This document shows positions 1 to 11,963 of a stretch of DNA of 64,000 nt, piece by piece. Made by a program: the position numbers and the translations under genes. The notes beneath the pieces are model-generated. The model saw only the letters and a list, made by a program, of their open reading frames with translations. It searched no databases and was not told the DNA's origin. Positions within the stretch are counted from its first letter, which is position 1. Every line of letters starts with the position of its first letter. Source of the DNA: Oikopleura dioica (lineage: Eukaryota > Animalia > Chordata). The DNA is taken from the NCBI GenBank assembly GCA_907165135.1, contig OU015568.1, forward strand, positions 16,627,208 through 16,691,207. The letters are read 5' to 3'.

Positions 1-14
1 CGCTCCTCGCCCAA

Positions 15-143
15 GGCGCTTTGGCCGAGTGGTTACTTCGTTACTCAAAACTCTTTTCAACTCCTGAACTCTGAAAAAGTCCCGCGGGGAGGAATCCCCG
101 TCGCTCGTTATTTCCGAGCAAACTACTCCCGCTCTCGCCTTTT
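15..143 (+). ncRNA. Vault-RNA-like gene, copy 1
   Basis: Begins GGCGCTTTGGCCGAGTGGTTACTTCG (Pol III A box followed by the GGTTACTTCG motif of vertebrate vault RNAs). The 5' GGCG pairs with the 3' CGCC, which is followed by TTTT. Internal hairpins GGGGA-GGAA-TCCCC and GCTCG-TTATTTC-CGAGC. Confidence 0.65.
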
Positions 144-504
144 GTTTCATTTTTCAATGTCATCATTAGTTAAACAATCTCAAGACTTCCTAATCCCCTT
201 CTGAATTCATTGACAGAGATGGATCGTGAGGTCACGGGATCGAGTCTTGTCGGAGGCTTGTTTTTTCGGCTTATTTTGGTCTTATAATTTTGATTTATTG
301 TTATTCAATTTGACAGTAATTTGAGGCTAGTAGCCTCAAACAGTGTTATTTCTTTGATAAACTTAGTTGAAGTGGCATTATTTTTCAGCATTTGCTGACG
401 CTATAATCAAAGAAGGCGCGTGATCGAATCACGATGAAACAGATTATTTTCAGTTCGACACTCATTTTCAAGACTAACCCAGCCTTTTTGTTACTCGAGC
501 TCAA

Positions 505-657
505 GGCGCTCTGGCCGAGTGGTTACTTCGTTTCACCGACTAGCAGTCTCCAGTTTCGTGAGGGCGTCCAGTCCAAAGCATGATTTCAGGATCACTTCCA
601 TGGGAATAAATTCCCATCGCTCAATATCTTGGCATACTACTCCCGCCGTCGCCTTTT
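505..657 (+). ncRNA. Vault-RNA-like gene, copy 2
   Basis: Same 5' motif (GGCGCTCTGGCCGAGTGGTTACTTCG) and 3' end (TACTACTCCCGCCGTCGCCTTTT). Hairpin ATGGGAA-TAAA-TTCCCAT. Longer, unrelated central loop. Confidence 0.65.
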
Positions 658-758
658 GTTCTTTTCAAGAATGTTTTGAAAATGATTAGGGCCTTTCATA
701 AAATCAACAACAGTCAACCGATCTGATTTTTATGCATTTTTTGGTTTATTTTTTCATG

Positions 759-1283
759 TCATTCTGTCATGTTCCCACTGGCAACACTAAATTTGCAGTG
801 AGGGCCGTAAAACTTAGGGGTACAAGTACAGTAAGGAACTGCGAAAAGAGTTTTAGGCCATTCGTGAGTCCCATATCTGACACCACATGAACCCCCATTT
901 TGACAAGGATTTTCCGAGCAGGGCGTAAGTTCGCAAAATTTTCCGCTGAATCCAAGAGTACAGGAACATCGGGTTGAATATGTTGGCTCCACGTTGCGAG
1001 TAGCAGCGTGTGGCAAGCTCATGCAACGACCGGAATTTTCACAGGGTCGAGTGGTACAAGATTCGTTTTTCTCTGAATTGCTTGGATTCTGGAGTGAAAA
1101 AGCGCAGACGACAGTTATGGCGAAAACAATCATCGAAATGCTGAAAAATGCAACTGCTTTTTTCGTTCTTGAGTTCACACATCGCCGAAAGAAAGATGGT
1201 TTTTCTTCTTCCATGTCAAAATTTTCATATTTCATATTTAGAAAAGTCCTAATATTATCGTTCTGCTCTTTTATCTCCAGCAT
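759..1283 (-). CDS. Intronless type II membrane protein with two EGF-like domains
   Basis: 174-aa ORF with one hydrophobic segment (AVAFFSISMIVFAITVVCAF) and two 6-Cys EGF motifs (CTTRPCENSGRC...CSCTLGFSGKFC; CSENPCQNGGSC...CTCTPKFYGPHC). Confidence 0.8.
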   Translation of the reverse strand: MLEIKEQNDNIRTFLNMKYENFDMEEEKPSFFRRCVNSRTKKAVAFFSISMIVFAITVVCAFSLQNPSNSEKNESCTTRPCENSGRCMSLPHAATRNVEPTYSTRCSCTLGFSGKFCELTPCSENPCQNGGSCGVRYGTHEWPKTLFAVPYCTCTPKFYGPHCKFSVASGNMTE

Positions 1284-1484
1284 TTATTGAGATCGAGCCT
1301 GAACCATTGAGTCGGAACTATCCTCGCTTTTGTATTTCTGTAGTACCCTTATCGGCGATAGCTTATCTGTTAAATTTGTCTAACTTCAATGAAGAGCTAC
1401 TTATTCTTAACTTGAATCACACTGATTCAACGGCAAAGCCCCAGTTCTCGGGCAAAAAGCAAGTTTCTCAAGGCGAGTGCTCAA

Positions 1485-1611
1485 GGCGCTCTGGCCGAGT
1501 GGTTACTTCGCTACCAAAACAAGCAAATATGTTTCCAGTTTCTGACAGGATTAGTCCACGGGAGTTCCCGTCGCTCATCATGTGAGCATACCACTTCCGC
1601 ACTCGCCTTTT
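1485..1611 (+). ncRNA. Vault-RNA-like gene, copy 3
   Basis: Same 5' motif and CGCCTTTT end. Hairpins ACGGG-AGTT-CCCGT and GCTCA-TCATG-TGAGC show compensatory changes relative to copies 1 and 2. Confidence 0.65.
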
Positions 1612-1744
1612 GCTATTCTTCATAAAAATGATGAAGGCCTTATCATCAAATCGAGTGTCATGCTGTTTTTTTTTGAACAACAGAGCTACGAGGTCGAACC
1701 CTCAGCTGAACCTCTTTTTTACGTGACTAAAATCATTCTTTCAG

Positions 1745-2232
1745 CGGAGCAAACGGAATTCTCCTGGTGTACGACATCACGCAGCCGAAGACATTCGACA
1801 ATATTTCAAAATGGCTACGAAATATCAACGAGCACGCGTCCGAAGATGTCGAAAGGATGCTGATAGGTAAGTCGCTCATTTCTCCCGCCGATTCAGCTAA
1901 TGACACTCTCAGGAAATAAATGCGATATGGAAGATAAGCGTTTAATATCGGAGGAGCGTGGGAAGAAAGTCGCTGAAGAAAATGGAATTAAGTTCTTTGA
2001 GACCTCGGCGAAAGAGAATATCAATATCGAACTCGCTTTTAATACGGTAAAATATCGCAATTTAACTTTTCAATATGGTACTCTTCTATGTCTCCAACGC
2101 CTCTTTCAGCTCGCTGAGGATATTCTGAACAAGCAGAGGCCAATTGAGGACAACAACGTAGCCACAGGAGTTAATTTGCAAGGGGGAAACCAATCGAGCT
2201 CAGGCGGACCCGGATCCTGTTGCAAATTGTAA
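1745..2232 (+). CDS. RAB10: Rab10 (Rab8/10/13 subfamily) GTPase, last three exons; the 5' exons lie outside the window
   Basis: Exons 1745-1866, 1913-2046 and 2110-2232 give [50 protein letters not shown]...[24 protein letters not shown]...SCCKL. No N-terminal Rab coding sequence was found in 1-1744. Confidence 0.85.
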
Positions 2233-3163
2233 AGTTTGTAAACTGAAAACAACAAAGACACTCTCTCTCTCGCCTACTTGAATAAACCACAACCACATTC
2301 GGATCTTCACATTTTCTTTATTCAAAAAATATATTGACATGTTTAGTTTGTTCATTTTCTTTTATTTCTTTCATTCTTTTTTATTAACCAAGATGATTTT
2401 TACGCATAATTTTTTTTCAAAACAAAATCCGATTAAAAAGTTACCTTTTTTCGAACAAGTTTATACAAGTTGTTACAGAAACCGTTCAAATTTCAATGTC
2501 TTGTCTTCAATTTCCATATCCTTTCGAATTACTACTACCTGTAGGAGCCATAAACATTTGTATCAGAAGTCGGTGTTCAAAAGTTCGGTTGTAAGAAACG
2601 GTCAAAACTCCGACTCCGTAAAGAATCATCAAATCATCGTTGTACTCAATACGCTTTTTCTTCTCCCCTAGCATGCTTGTTCAATCATTTCCAATTCAAA
2701 TCCGATTTCTAATTAGAAATTTGCCCCTTGTCCGTTCTTTTTCCTCCATCGAAGCAACCCTTGTCCATCAACGTCTCTTTTATCTTCTTTTTAAAATTTA
2801 AATATTTCACAAATTCGAATTTTGAATTCAGTTTAACAATTTTCCTGCTTATTTTAATCCTCCAATTTACAGCAATTTATGTGTATTTTTTTCTGGCTAC
2901 ATTTATGACAAATTTAAAAATACTGAAAACTGAAAGTAACTGCGAAAAATTTTCATTATATTCTACTCTACCTGTTCAAATTCCATCAAGATTAAACCAG
3001 AAATAGAACCAGTCGCACCAAAAATTGCCTTTAGAACGCAAAGAAATGAAAGATCAGCATTTCGCCTCCCTCTCGTGAAAACTGAGCGACTCGATGAGCT
3101 CCTATGCCAGGTGATCAATCTGGTTTTTATGTCTTCGTAAAACAGAGCCATTTAGAAAATGCC

Positions 3164-6100
3164 ATGTCAAGCTTTTTATTCAAGCTTCTCAAAGGTCACA
3201 AGGGGAAGGAATCGACAGAAACGCAAAGGACTATCTATGCAAACGCTCGCTGCGGGAATAAACACGAAAATTTCAAACATGCGCATAACAAAATTAGAAC
3301 ATCAAAGTACACAATCATAAGCTATCTTCCCATAAAGTAAGTTCATATTCGAAAATATCATTTTTCTAACTCTAAGCCCCTCTTATTATGACCCCCCTCC
3401 CACCTCATTATAACCTGTCTCTCCCCCCAAGTTTTTACCCCTCTTGCCCCCCCCTCTAATCGCTGATGAAAATTTTTAATCATCTCATTTTCAGTCTGTA
3501 CGAACAATTCACTCGTTTGGCCAACGCTTACTTCGCAATTCTAATCATTCTTCAATGTATTCCCGTGATTTCCTCCCTCGAGCCTATTACCACCATCATT
3601 CCACTGGTGATCGTCCTGGGCATCACCGCCGTCAAAGATGGCCTCGACGATCTCAACCGACACCGCTCCGATCGTTCCGTCAACAATCGCATCGTCGAAG
3701 TCCTCGATCCGACAAATATGACCGAGGAAAATCTCCTGACAAAGGAAAAATGGATGAATATAAGAACTGGCGATATTATTAAAATCAAGCAGGATGAATC
3801 CGTCACTGCTGACGTCCTTTTGCTCTCGACAAGCGACCCCCATCACCTAGCTTATATTGAAACAGCAGAACTTGACGGAGAGACTAATCTCAAGGTACGA
3901 AACGCAATCCAAGCGACTGGAAATCTAATGGACCCGGAAACGGATCCAGATGGCCTCAGCTGCTACAAGCTCGCAGCTTTCGATGGAAAGATACTCTGCG
4001 AGCCACCAAATAACCGACTAGACCACTTTGTCGGAACCCTTTCATGGAGAAACGACTCGGGCAGACAGGAAAAACGTTTTCCACTGAGCAACGACAACAT
4101 TCTCCTGCGAGGAACGACGATGAGGAACGTCGACTGGGCCTTTGGCGTTGTCATTTTCGCTGGGCCAGACACGAAGCTAATGCAAAACGCAGGCAAAACC
4201 TACTTTAAACGCACGTCTGTGGATAATTTTCTCAATCGCTTAGTCGTTTACATCGGTGGCGGATTGATCATGCTGGCGGTAGTATCCATGGTCGGCCACA
4301 TCATCTTTGAAATGTACCACGGGGATCATTTCCAAGCATTTCTCCCTTGGGAGTTCATCGACGAGTGCGAGCGAAAAACGAACATGACTCAGGATCCTTG
4401 CGAAAAGGGAATTCCCGAGCTGATCAGTGGCTCGTTGATTTTCTGGAGTTATATTATCGTCTTAAACACCCTCGTTCCGATCTCACTCTATGTTTCTGTG
4501 GAAATCATTCGTCTCGGGCAGTCGTACTTCATCAACTGGGATCGGCAGATGTACTCGCCTCTGAAAGATCAGTGCGCAGAAGCGAGGAAAACGACGCTTA
4601 ATGAAGAGCTGGGGCAAGTTCAGTACATATTTTCGGATAAAACTGGAACATTGACGCAAAACATCATGCAGTTCAAGATGTGTTCTATATCCGGGCTTGT
4701 TTATGGAAATCAGTCGGAGCCTTGTGACTTCGATACTTTCAACCCAAGATGGTATGATCACGAGTTTACCTTCAACGACAACAGGTTGCTCGCGGCTCTT
4801 TCCCAAAAGCATCAAAAAGAGAAAGAGTTCTTTACTCTTCTTGCGCTGAATCATACTGTCATGCCAGAGTACAAGGACGATGGAAATATAGTCTACCAAG
4901 CTCAATCACCAGACGAAGGAGCCCTAGTAAAGGCTGCCAGATGTTTCGGTTTTGTTTTCCGAAGCCGAAGTCCGGATACGATCACAATCTATGATGCCAC
5001 GCAGGATCAGAACATCATCTTCGAGCTTTTACAGATCCTCGACTTCGACAATGTGCGTAAACGGATGTCTGTGATCGTGCGGAAAATCGAACCAGACGGG
5101 ACGAAGGGTAAAATCATGCTCTACTGTAAAGGGGCGGATATGACTGTTATGGAAAGACTGCGAGAAACGACCGATGAAGACCTGGACGTCATCGAACAGA
5201 CAAAAGTGCATCTTGATGAGTTTTCTGCGGAAGGATTGAGGACGCTTTGCTTGGCGTACAGGGAGATAGACGAGGAGTGGTTTGACAAGTGGAATCAGAA
5301 ATTCACCGATGCTGCTTGCTCCATTGACAATCGGGAGGAAAAACTCTGCGCTTCCTACGAGGAGATCGAGCAACAGATGATTCTCCTCGGCGCAACAGCC
5401 GTGGAGGATAAGCTACAGGAAGATGTTCCCGCGACGATCGCGAATTTGGGCAGGGCTGGAATCAAGCTGTGGGTCCTCACAGGCGACAAACTGGAAACTG
5501 CGATCAATATTGGCTACTCGTGCAATTTGCTCACCGATGACATGCTCGACGTGTTCATCGTCGATGGCGAGTCTAGCCTCGAAGTCAAGAGGGAGTTGTT
5601 ACGTAACTTCGAAACATTGTGCCAGAAATGTCATCCAGACAACGATTACGGCCTTGTGATCACGGGCCATGCGCTCGGTCACGCGCTCGAGCCAGATGTA
5701 GAACATGACTTGCTCAAAGTAGCGCTCAAATGCAAGGCGGTCATTTGCTGCAGAGTCACTCCCTTGCAAAAGGCTAAGGTTGTGCAGCTAGTGAAGAGAA
5801 CGCAGGCAGCAGTGACGCTCGCGATCGGCGACGGAGCGAACGATGTCAGCATGATTAAAGAAGCACACATTGGCGTTGGCATCTCCGGCGAAGAAGGAAC
5901 CCAAGCTGTTCTAGCGTCCGACTACTCAATCGCCCAGTTCAAATATCTAGAACGCCTTCTGCTCGTGCACGGGCGCTGGTCCTACTTTCGAATGTGTCGC
6001 TTTCTGGATTACTTTTTCTACAAGAACTTTGCCTTCACGCTGATTCACTTCTGGTTCGCGTTCCTGTGCGGCTTCAGTGCTGCTAATGTGTATGATCAGT

Positions 6101-8550
6101 GGATGATCACGATTTATAATGTTTTCTTCACCTCCTTTCCTCCCCTTTGCCTTGGTCTGCTCGACAAGGTCAGTACATATTTGCCTGGATAGAGAGTGGT
6201 CTAATATTTGAGTTCAGGATGTAAACGACAAAATGTGTATTCTTAACCCCAGTTTATATCGCCTTGGACAAGCACAAAAGCTGTTTAACTTGCGAATCTT
6301 CTTGTATAGGTACTTTTCAAGGGCTGAGACGTAGGTTTTAACGAGCATTTGCAGTGTCCTCCGAGCTGTGATCACATCGCTAATTCTGTTCTTCGTCCCT
6401 ATGTGTATATTTATGGAAGCCACGGGCAATGAAAAGTGGGGGATGACTGATAACGACTCTGACGGGATGACCTTTGGACGGCAAGCGTTTGCCTTTCTCG
6501 TTGCAACATGTTTAGGTAACTTCGACTCCTAGTACTTTCTTTCGCCTCCAAGAAGAATAGAAAAGTTCACGCGAGTTGAACTCCACTCATTTCGAAAGCG
6601 TTTTAATCGCTATTTAATTGGGCGTAGAGGAACTCTTCATTGATTTCAATCACTTCCCAAGAGAATATCAATTGAATTCTCAAAATTACTCTTTCAGTCG
6701 TCATTGTCAATCTTCAAGTGGCCCTTGACACTGCTTATTGGACGCTGATAAACCACTTCTTCATCTGGGGCTCGATTTTGCTTTACTTTGCACTGCACTT
6801 TTTCATGTACTCAAATGGTGTTTACGCCCTCTTCCCTTGGATGTTTCCCTTCGTTGGTGTTGGTCGATTTGTTATTGACAAGGTAAACGATTATTCTTCA
6901 GGAGTCTTAAAATGTTGATCCAATTTCAGCCCGTCTTCTGGCTAACCCTTTTGCTGACGATCATCATTTACGTTATTCCAGTGCTTGCTTTTCGACTCTA
7001 CAAATCGATTACAAAGCCAACAGATGCTGAAAAGGTAAGCTTGTCGGAAATTAAGCCTTCTGCCTCCTGGGTTTTCCATTTGCGAATTTTCCATTTTAAG
7101 GACCCCCCCATCAAGAATCGCGAAAATAGGGCATCTTAGTGAAAGTTTTTCTCCAAAACTATCTTAGCTAGACCCTTAATTTTAATTGCATCCTTTAGAT
7201 CAAACCCTCTACTGCAACCGTTCCCCTTAGGATGATCTCTCGATGCCAAATTTAAGGTTATACAGGCCGTTAAAGGTAAAGTTGCTTAGTGAACGTTTTT
7301 TTCGGGGTTTTCGTTGGGGTATACCCTTAATTTTTTTTCATGGTAAAGTTAAGGCCCTAAGCTACGACCGTTTGCTTTTTGAGAGTTTTTTGTCTACGAA
7401 CTTAAGGAGGACAGCCCCTTTAAAATTTCATAAGTCGAATCTTAGTCGAATTTCCAGATTTACATTTTTAGTAATCATTTCCTAAATTGCCCTGAATAAC
7501 GTTTTTATACTCGTGTTTATTATAGAAATAGTTTTGATGGTTGGTACACCCTTAATTACTGTTAAAAAATAGCTAACTAAAGATTTTTATGAAATGTAAA
7601 ATGTTAATATTCAATTTTTGAAGTCAATTTCTGCCAAAATTTTCTATAAGATCAAAAAAATTTTCTGAATAAAAGTTCTTCCTCGTGGTCAAAACTTCCC
7701 AAAAAAGCAAAAAATTTTTGAAAATTTTGACTTTTTTCATCTTGATGGGGGGGTCCTTAAAATCGGATAATATTATCGATTTTCATTAGATTCGGGAGCA
7801 GCGTTACAAGCAGAAGCGACGAAAGCAGAAGAAACCAATCAGCTATATTTCGCGACGTGGTGGAAGGTGAGTAAAAACAGCGAAAATGAAAATGAACTTG
7901 AGTCATTTTCGATTAAATCGATTTTGGAGAGCTTCAAATAAAGGTCCCTTTATTACAATCTTTTTTCAGCCAGCGACCTGGAACCCAGCGTCCAGGCAGC
8001 TCTTATGCTTTCTCGCATCAGCGGGGCTTTGCCGATCTGATCATGTCCGGAAGAATGACTTCCAAGAGAAGAAGAAGTCGATCGACGATCAATCATCTCG
8101 CGCGTGCAGGTTTGAGCCTTCCCAGCTCGCCTAAACAAACAACTGTGACGTTTCAAGAGCCACAAGAAAGGTAAGCTCTTCGTTCGGTTGCGTTTTCGTT
8201 TGTAAAAGGAATAAAATGAGGAAATAGTTGAAGTAACAAATTCAAAATTAATCCCACGATTCAATTCATTTTATTCTAATCCAGCGAGTTTTTATTGTAA
8301 TAATTCTGTAATAACAGTTGGAGGAATATCTTTGATTATTGAGCCTAATTGGGAATTTTCACGTGATTTTTGATAACATAAGACTCTAAGAGAGAATAAT
8401 AGTAGAGTCAAATATTCTCTTTTTTTATTTACCAATAAATTTAGAGGCTTTTATTGATATTGAGCTACAGAAATCTATTTCAATATCACAATATGTAATC
8501 GTTTCTTTAGCGATGCAAACCACATCCGCGGAGAAAGACTCGTCGAATAA
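3164..8550 (+). CDS. ATP8B: P4-type phospholipid-flipping ATPase, class 8B
   Basis: Motifs ETAELDGETNLK, FSDKTGTLTQNIM, QSPDEGALV, LTGDKLETA, GDGANDVSMI, YFFYKNFAF and C-terminal SYAFSHQRGFADLIMSGR. The last exon end (8550) is approximate. Confidence 0.92.
7096..7760. mobile_element. Non-autonomous TIR element with TTAA ends (Kolobok-like GG..CC termini) in an ATP8B intron
   Basis: TTAAGGACCCCCCCATCAAG (7096) and CTTGATGGGGGGGTCCTTAA (to 7760) are perfect inverted repeats. No coding capacity. Confidence 0.75.
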
Positions 8551-9135
8551 AAATCACGAAGAAAATTCGCCAAGCCATAAAATCGTTCCTAATTACTTCA
8601 GCTCCGTTTATTAACACTGTGCAATATTTCTTTACAATTTTCTTTTATTATCAAAGTGCCATTTTCTTTCCTTTCAATGTTCCGCAAGCAACAATCTACC
8701 AAAAAAATAACCCTACAATCAAAAAAGCTTCTTTTTTCTGTGACCTGAAAATATTTACGATTTCGTTCTCTTTGTGTACATATTTCGCTCAGTTTTTAGT
8801 TGAATTCTGTACAGCCTAAATGACACTAAACTCAAGCCGCAAAAATTCCTACTGTTTCAATTTTTCAAACTTTCAACTTTTCTTGCCTTATTCTAACTAA
8901 TCCTATTTCTCGTTCTCTACCGCTCTTATTTCTGTCTTACTTTTTTCCTGTTCTATATTCTTTCTTTATTTCTGTTCAAGAAAAATATATTAACCCGAGA
9001 ATTATTCTCCTTCAAAAAATGATTCGTGATGAATTACATGTAGACTTTTTCAGGCAATTTAGGGATAATTATTCTGACGGGTTTTCCCACTATTTTCGAG
9101 GAAAGCCGGCTAGCAAATTGATCTTCTGAGCAGAG

Positions 9136-9333
9136 CTGGGAAGCCTGAGTCAGGATTTAAAAGAGCTGACATCGAATCCTTTCAAATCCTGAGTCAGGTT
9201 TTCTACTCAAGCTAATAAGATCAGCCTCTAGGGATTGAAAACTGAGTCAGGATTTAAAAGAGCTGTCATTAACTTTTCGCTAAGACCCTTTCAAATCCTG
9301 ACTCAGGGTATTTACACAGGTTTCCGAGCCCAG
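9136..9333. mobile_element. hAT-like MITE (CTGGG...CCCAG family), degenerate copy
   Basis: Shares CCTGAGTCAGG, TTTACACAGGTTTCCGAGCCCAG and an internal duplication with the copies at 20130, 25020, 27938 and 58664. Confidence 0.65.
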
Positions 9334-9474
9334 AGTTGATTGAATTGTTCTACATATCCCAAAAATATGTCGATAAATACTCTCCAATAGATCTCATTTT
9401 CAGTTCGATTCGATAAGATTGGTCTTTTCATGCAATAAAGAAAAGCGCGCGTCAGAATCTACAATCACAAGAGA

Positions 9475-11963
9475 ATGGCTTCTGGAGGACCGAACATCCA
9501 GCTCGAGCTGCGGCTCGCCGAAATGGCTCGAATGAACGAGGAGATCAAGCGGCGCCACATGGAGGTGGAGGCCGACAAGCAACGCGCCAAACGATCGGGC
9601 AACATGGTCTCTTCCTCGCAAAGCATCACCATGCAAACTCAAATGCCAGCCGACTACGACGGCTCGCGCGAAGACGGCTTCAAAGACGGCCTCGACAGTC
9701 GCCCGCTGCCCGCCGATCCGTACGGCAAGGACAGAGTCCCGCGCGACAAGCGGGGCAAACCAGGCGATGTCAAACTCAAGAAGAAGGGGCGCGAAAAGGG
9801 GGGATATGGAAATATGCCACAGCAGATCGATGAAGCTCGCCAAAGGGTGAATTCTTAAAAAAATTTATTGAATAACTTTTTCTGTTTAGGGAATCGGTGA
9901 CTCCGAATTCTGGCGCTCTGAGCAAGCAAAATGCGATGCGGCCCGGATCAACCGTGCTAGAGGACGAGATGGAACCTGGGTAAGTAAAATTTTCACACGA
10001 TCGATTGTTCAACCCTTTTTCTATTAGAAACGAGAGTGGGATCGTGAAAAACACCCAGACGATGAGCGTAGCAGCAGTTACTCGGGAAAGAACTCCGGCG
10101 GACGAAATCGAAACAACGAGAAAATCGGCCGCCAGGATCGCAACAACTCTGACCGTTACAATAACTCTCGAGGTGGGCGAAACGATCGTGGCGATCGCGG
10201 AGGAGATCGTCAAATTCGCGACAGCGGATACGGCCAGTTCCGGGACAATCGACGCGACAGGAACAACCGCAGAAACCACGGCGATCTGGAACCAGGCTAT
10301 GCAGGGCCAGCTCCGCCCAGACGAGATCGTAATAGAGATCGAAATAACCGGGAGCACGGTAATCGAGACCGAGACTTTGGCTCCGATAATCGACCTCCCC
10401 GGCAAACGAGATCGATTAATCCGCTAGAAGGTCCTACTCGCCCTGGAGGACGATATGAAAAGCGACAGAATCGAAGGGCTCGCAACGAAATGCAAGAAAA
10501 CTCAGAAGTAAGTGAGTCTATCGCGGTCATAATTTATCCCTTTCTTTAGTCAGGATGGGGCCAACCAGAGCAAGAAGCTGGCTTCATGAACGATTCGTGG
10601 GGATCTACGGATAAACCCGTTGAACGAAAAAAATGCAGCACTCGCGGACTTTTCGTCAGAGGATGACCATCCCGGATCTAATTCCATTTCGGATTATGGG
10701 GACGGAAACCTGGTTCCTGCTCCTCCGAGCATCGATTCCAGCCCGACGGAAGAAGATTACGAGAAATACGATCAAGAAGTCGCGCTCGGCCAGTACGAGG
10801 ATGAGCAGCCCCCTCCTTCTCCACAAGAAGATCAAGCAGAAAACAGCACGAATCAAAATTCGGCAAGCAACGAGATCGAAGAAGAGCTCGCCAAGGTCCT
10901 GCAAGAAGCGAAGATTGCATCCGCCAGTGACGTAGAAAAGGCACGGGCTCAAAAAACGGTCCATTGATTAGGGTTTTGGGAATCTAAGGGGACGACCGAT
11001 AGTTTATGGGAGACAGTCCCTTTAATAGGGGGTCTTCAAGGAACTAGAGGGGGTGTATCTTTAAGAGTTCATTCTGGGATCAAGGGAAAATTCTCTTTGT
11101 GACCGACTTGAACCGAGCTCTATCTGCTTGATAAAGATGTGAGAATCTCCCAGAAAGTCTTGGTGGCCGAGACGCACTCGAAAGTGCAGATAATTGAGAA
11201 TATTGGCGTTTTTTCGCGCGTACAAGACGCCTTTATCGAGTGTTAATCTGAGCCCGTCTGCGAGACCGATCACACAGAACAACCCTCTCAGGTTAGCGAG
11301 GAGCAGCCAGTGTCAGAGACGGGTCCACAATCGCGCCCGATAAGCGCAGAGGCCACGGGAGGTGAAAGTGGAGAAATTGTTGAGCAAGCAACGAACGGAC
11401 AAGAAGAGAAGTCCGAGTCCGAGAATCAACACGATCAGGATCTTGAAATTAAAAATCGAAAAATCGAAGAAACAACCCAATCCGCCGAAAACGACACGAA
11501 CCAAACACAGGCAGAAAACATCCAAACAGAAGAAACAGTCGAAAGCAAGTCCTTAGAAGATGAGTCTGAAACGCCCAAGGCTGCTGATGCGACGATCTCT
11601 TCAGCGGAAGAAAAAAATGACACTAAAATTGAAGAAAAGAGCCCTCCAGTAGAAGAAAAATCTGGAGCTGTCGAAGAAAATCAAGCCACCGAGGAAGAAG
11701 TCGTCGAGAAAAATGATGCTTCCGAGGAAGAAAATACTAAAAATAGCAAAATCGAGGACGAAACCAATATTGAGCCCGCAGCATGTGAAAACAAGGAAGA
11801 AAAAGCGCAAGAACCAAGCGAAGTGACCGAGGAAAGTAAAGAGCCTGTGCAATCAGAAGAAACGAAAGAAGAAATTTCAAACAAGGACGAAAGCAGCAGC
11901 TCGCCAGAAGTTAAAAAAGAAGATAATAAAATTGAAACTGAAACTACTATTAGCTCGGCGTGA
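9475..11963 (+). CDS. CCDC9: CCDC9-like coiled-coil protein with Arg/Gly-rich and acidic low-complexity tails
   Basis: N-terminal ELRLAEMARMNEEIKRRHMEVEADKQRAK and spliced FWRSEQAKCDAARINRARGRDGTW|KREWDREK match the CCDC9 W-x-REWD-x-EK block. A GC-AG intron at 10941-11291 joins the acidic ORF 11310-11963. There is an apparent 1-nt frameshift in the A7 run near 10627. Confidence 0.7.

Noticed and set aside
183-270. tRNA-like 3' half (GAGGTCACGGGATCGAGTCTTGTCGGAGGC followed by a T-run)
   Set aside because: No D-arm or A box and no clean acceptor or anticodon stems; at most a relic, kept only as a B-box-like motif.
2695-2720. TCCGATTTC resembling part of the Oikopleura spliced leader
   Set aside because: Only a 9-nt match, with no donor or Sm site and no 5S neighbour.
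11140-11235. GAAAGTCTTG...CAAGAC pairing resembling the RNase P/MRP P4 helix
   Set aside because: The spacing (about 60 nt) is far too short and the other conserved regions are absent.
9400-11884. Long antisense and alternative-frame ORFs over CCDC9 (and similarly over SND1, RPL6 and the ZF genes)
   Set aside because: Shadows of low-complexity or highly biased coding sequence on the real strand.
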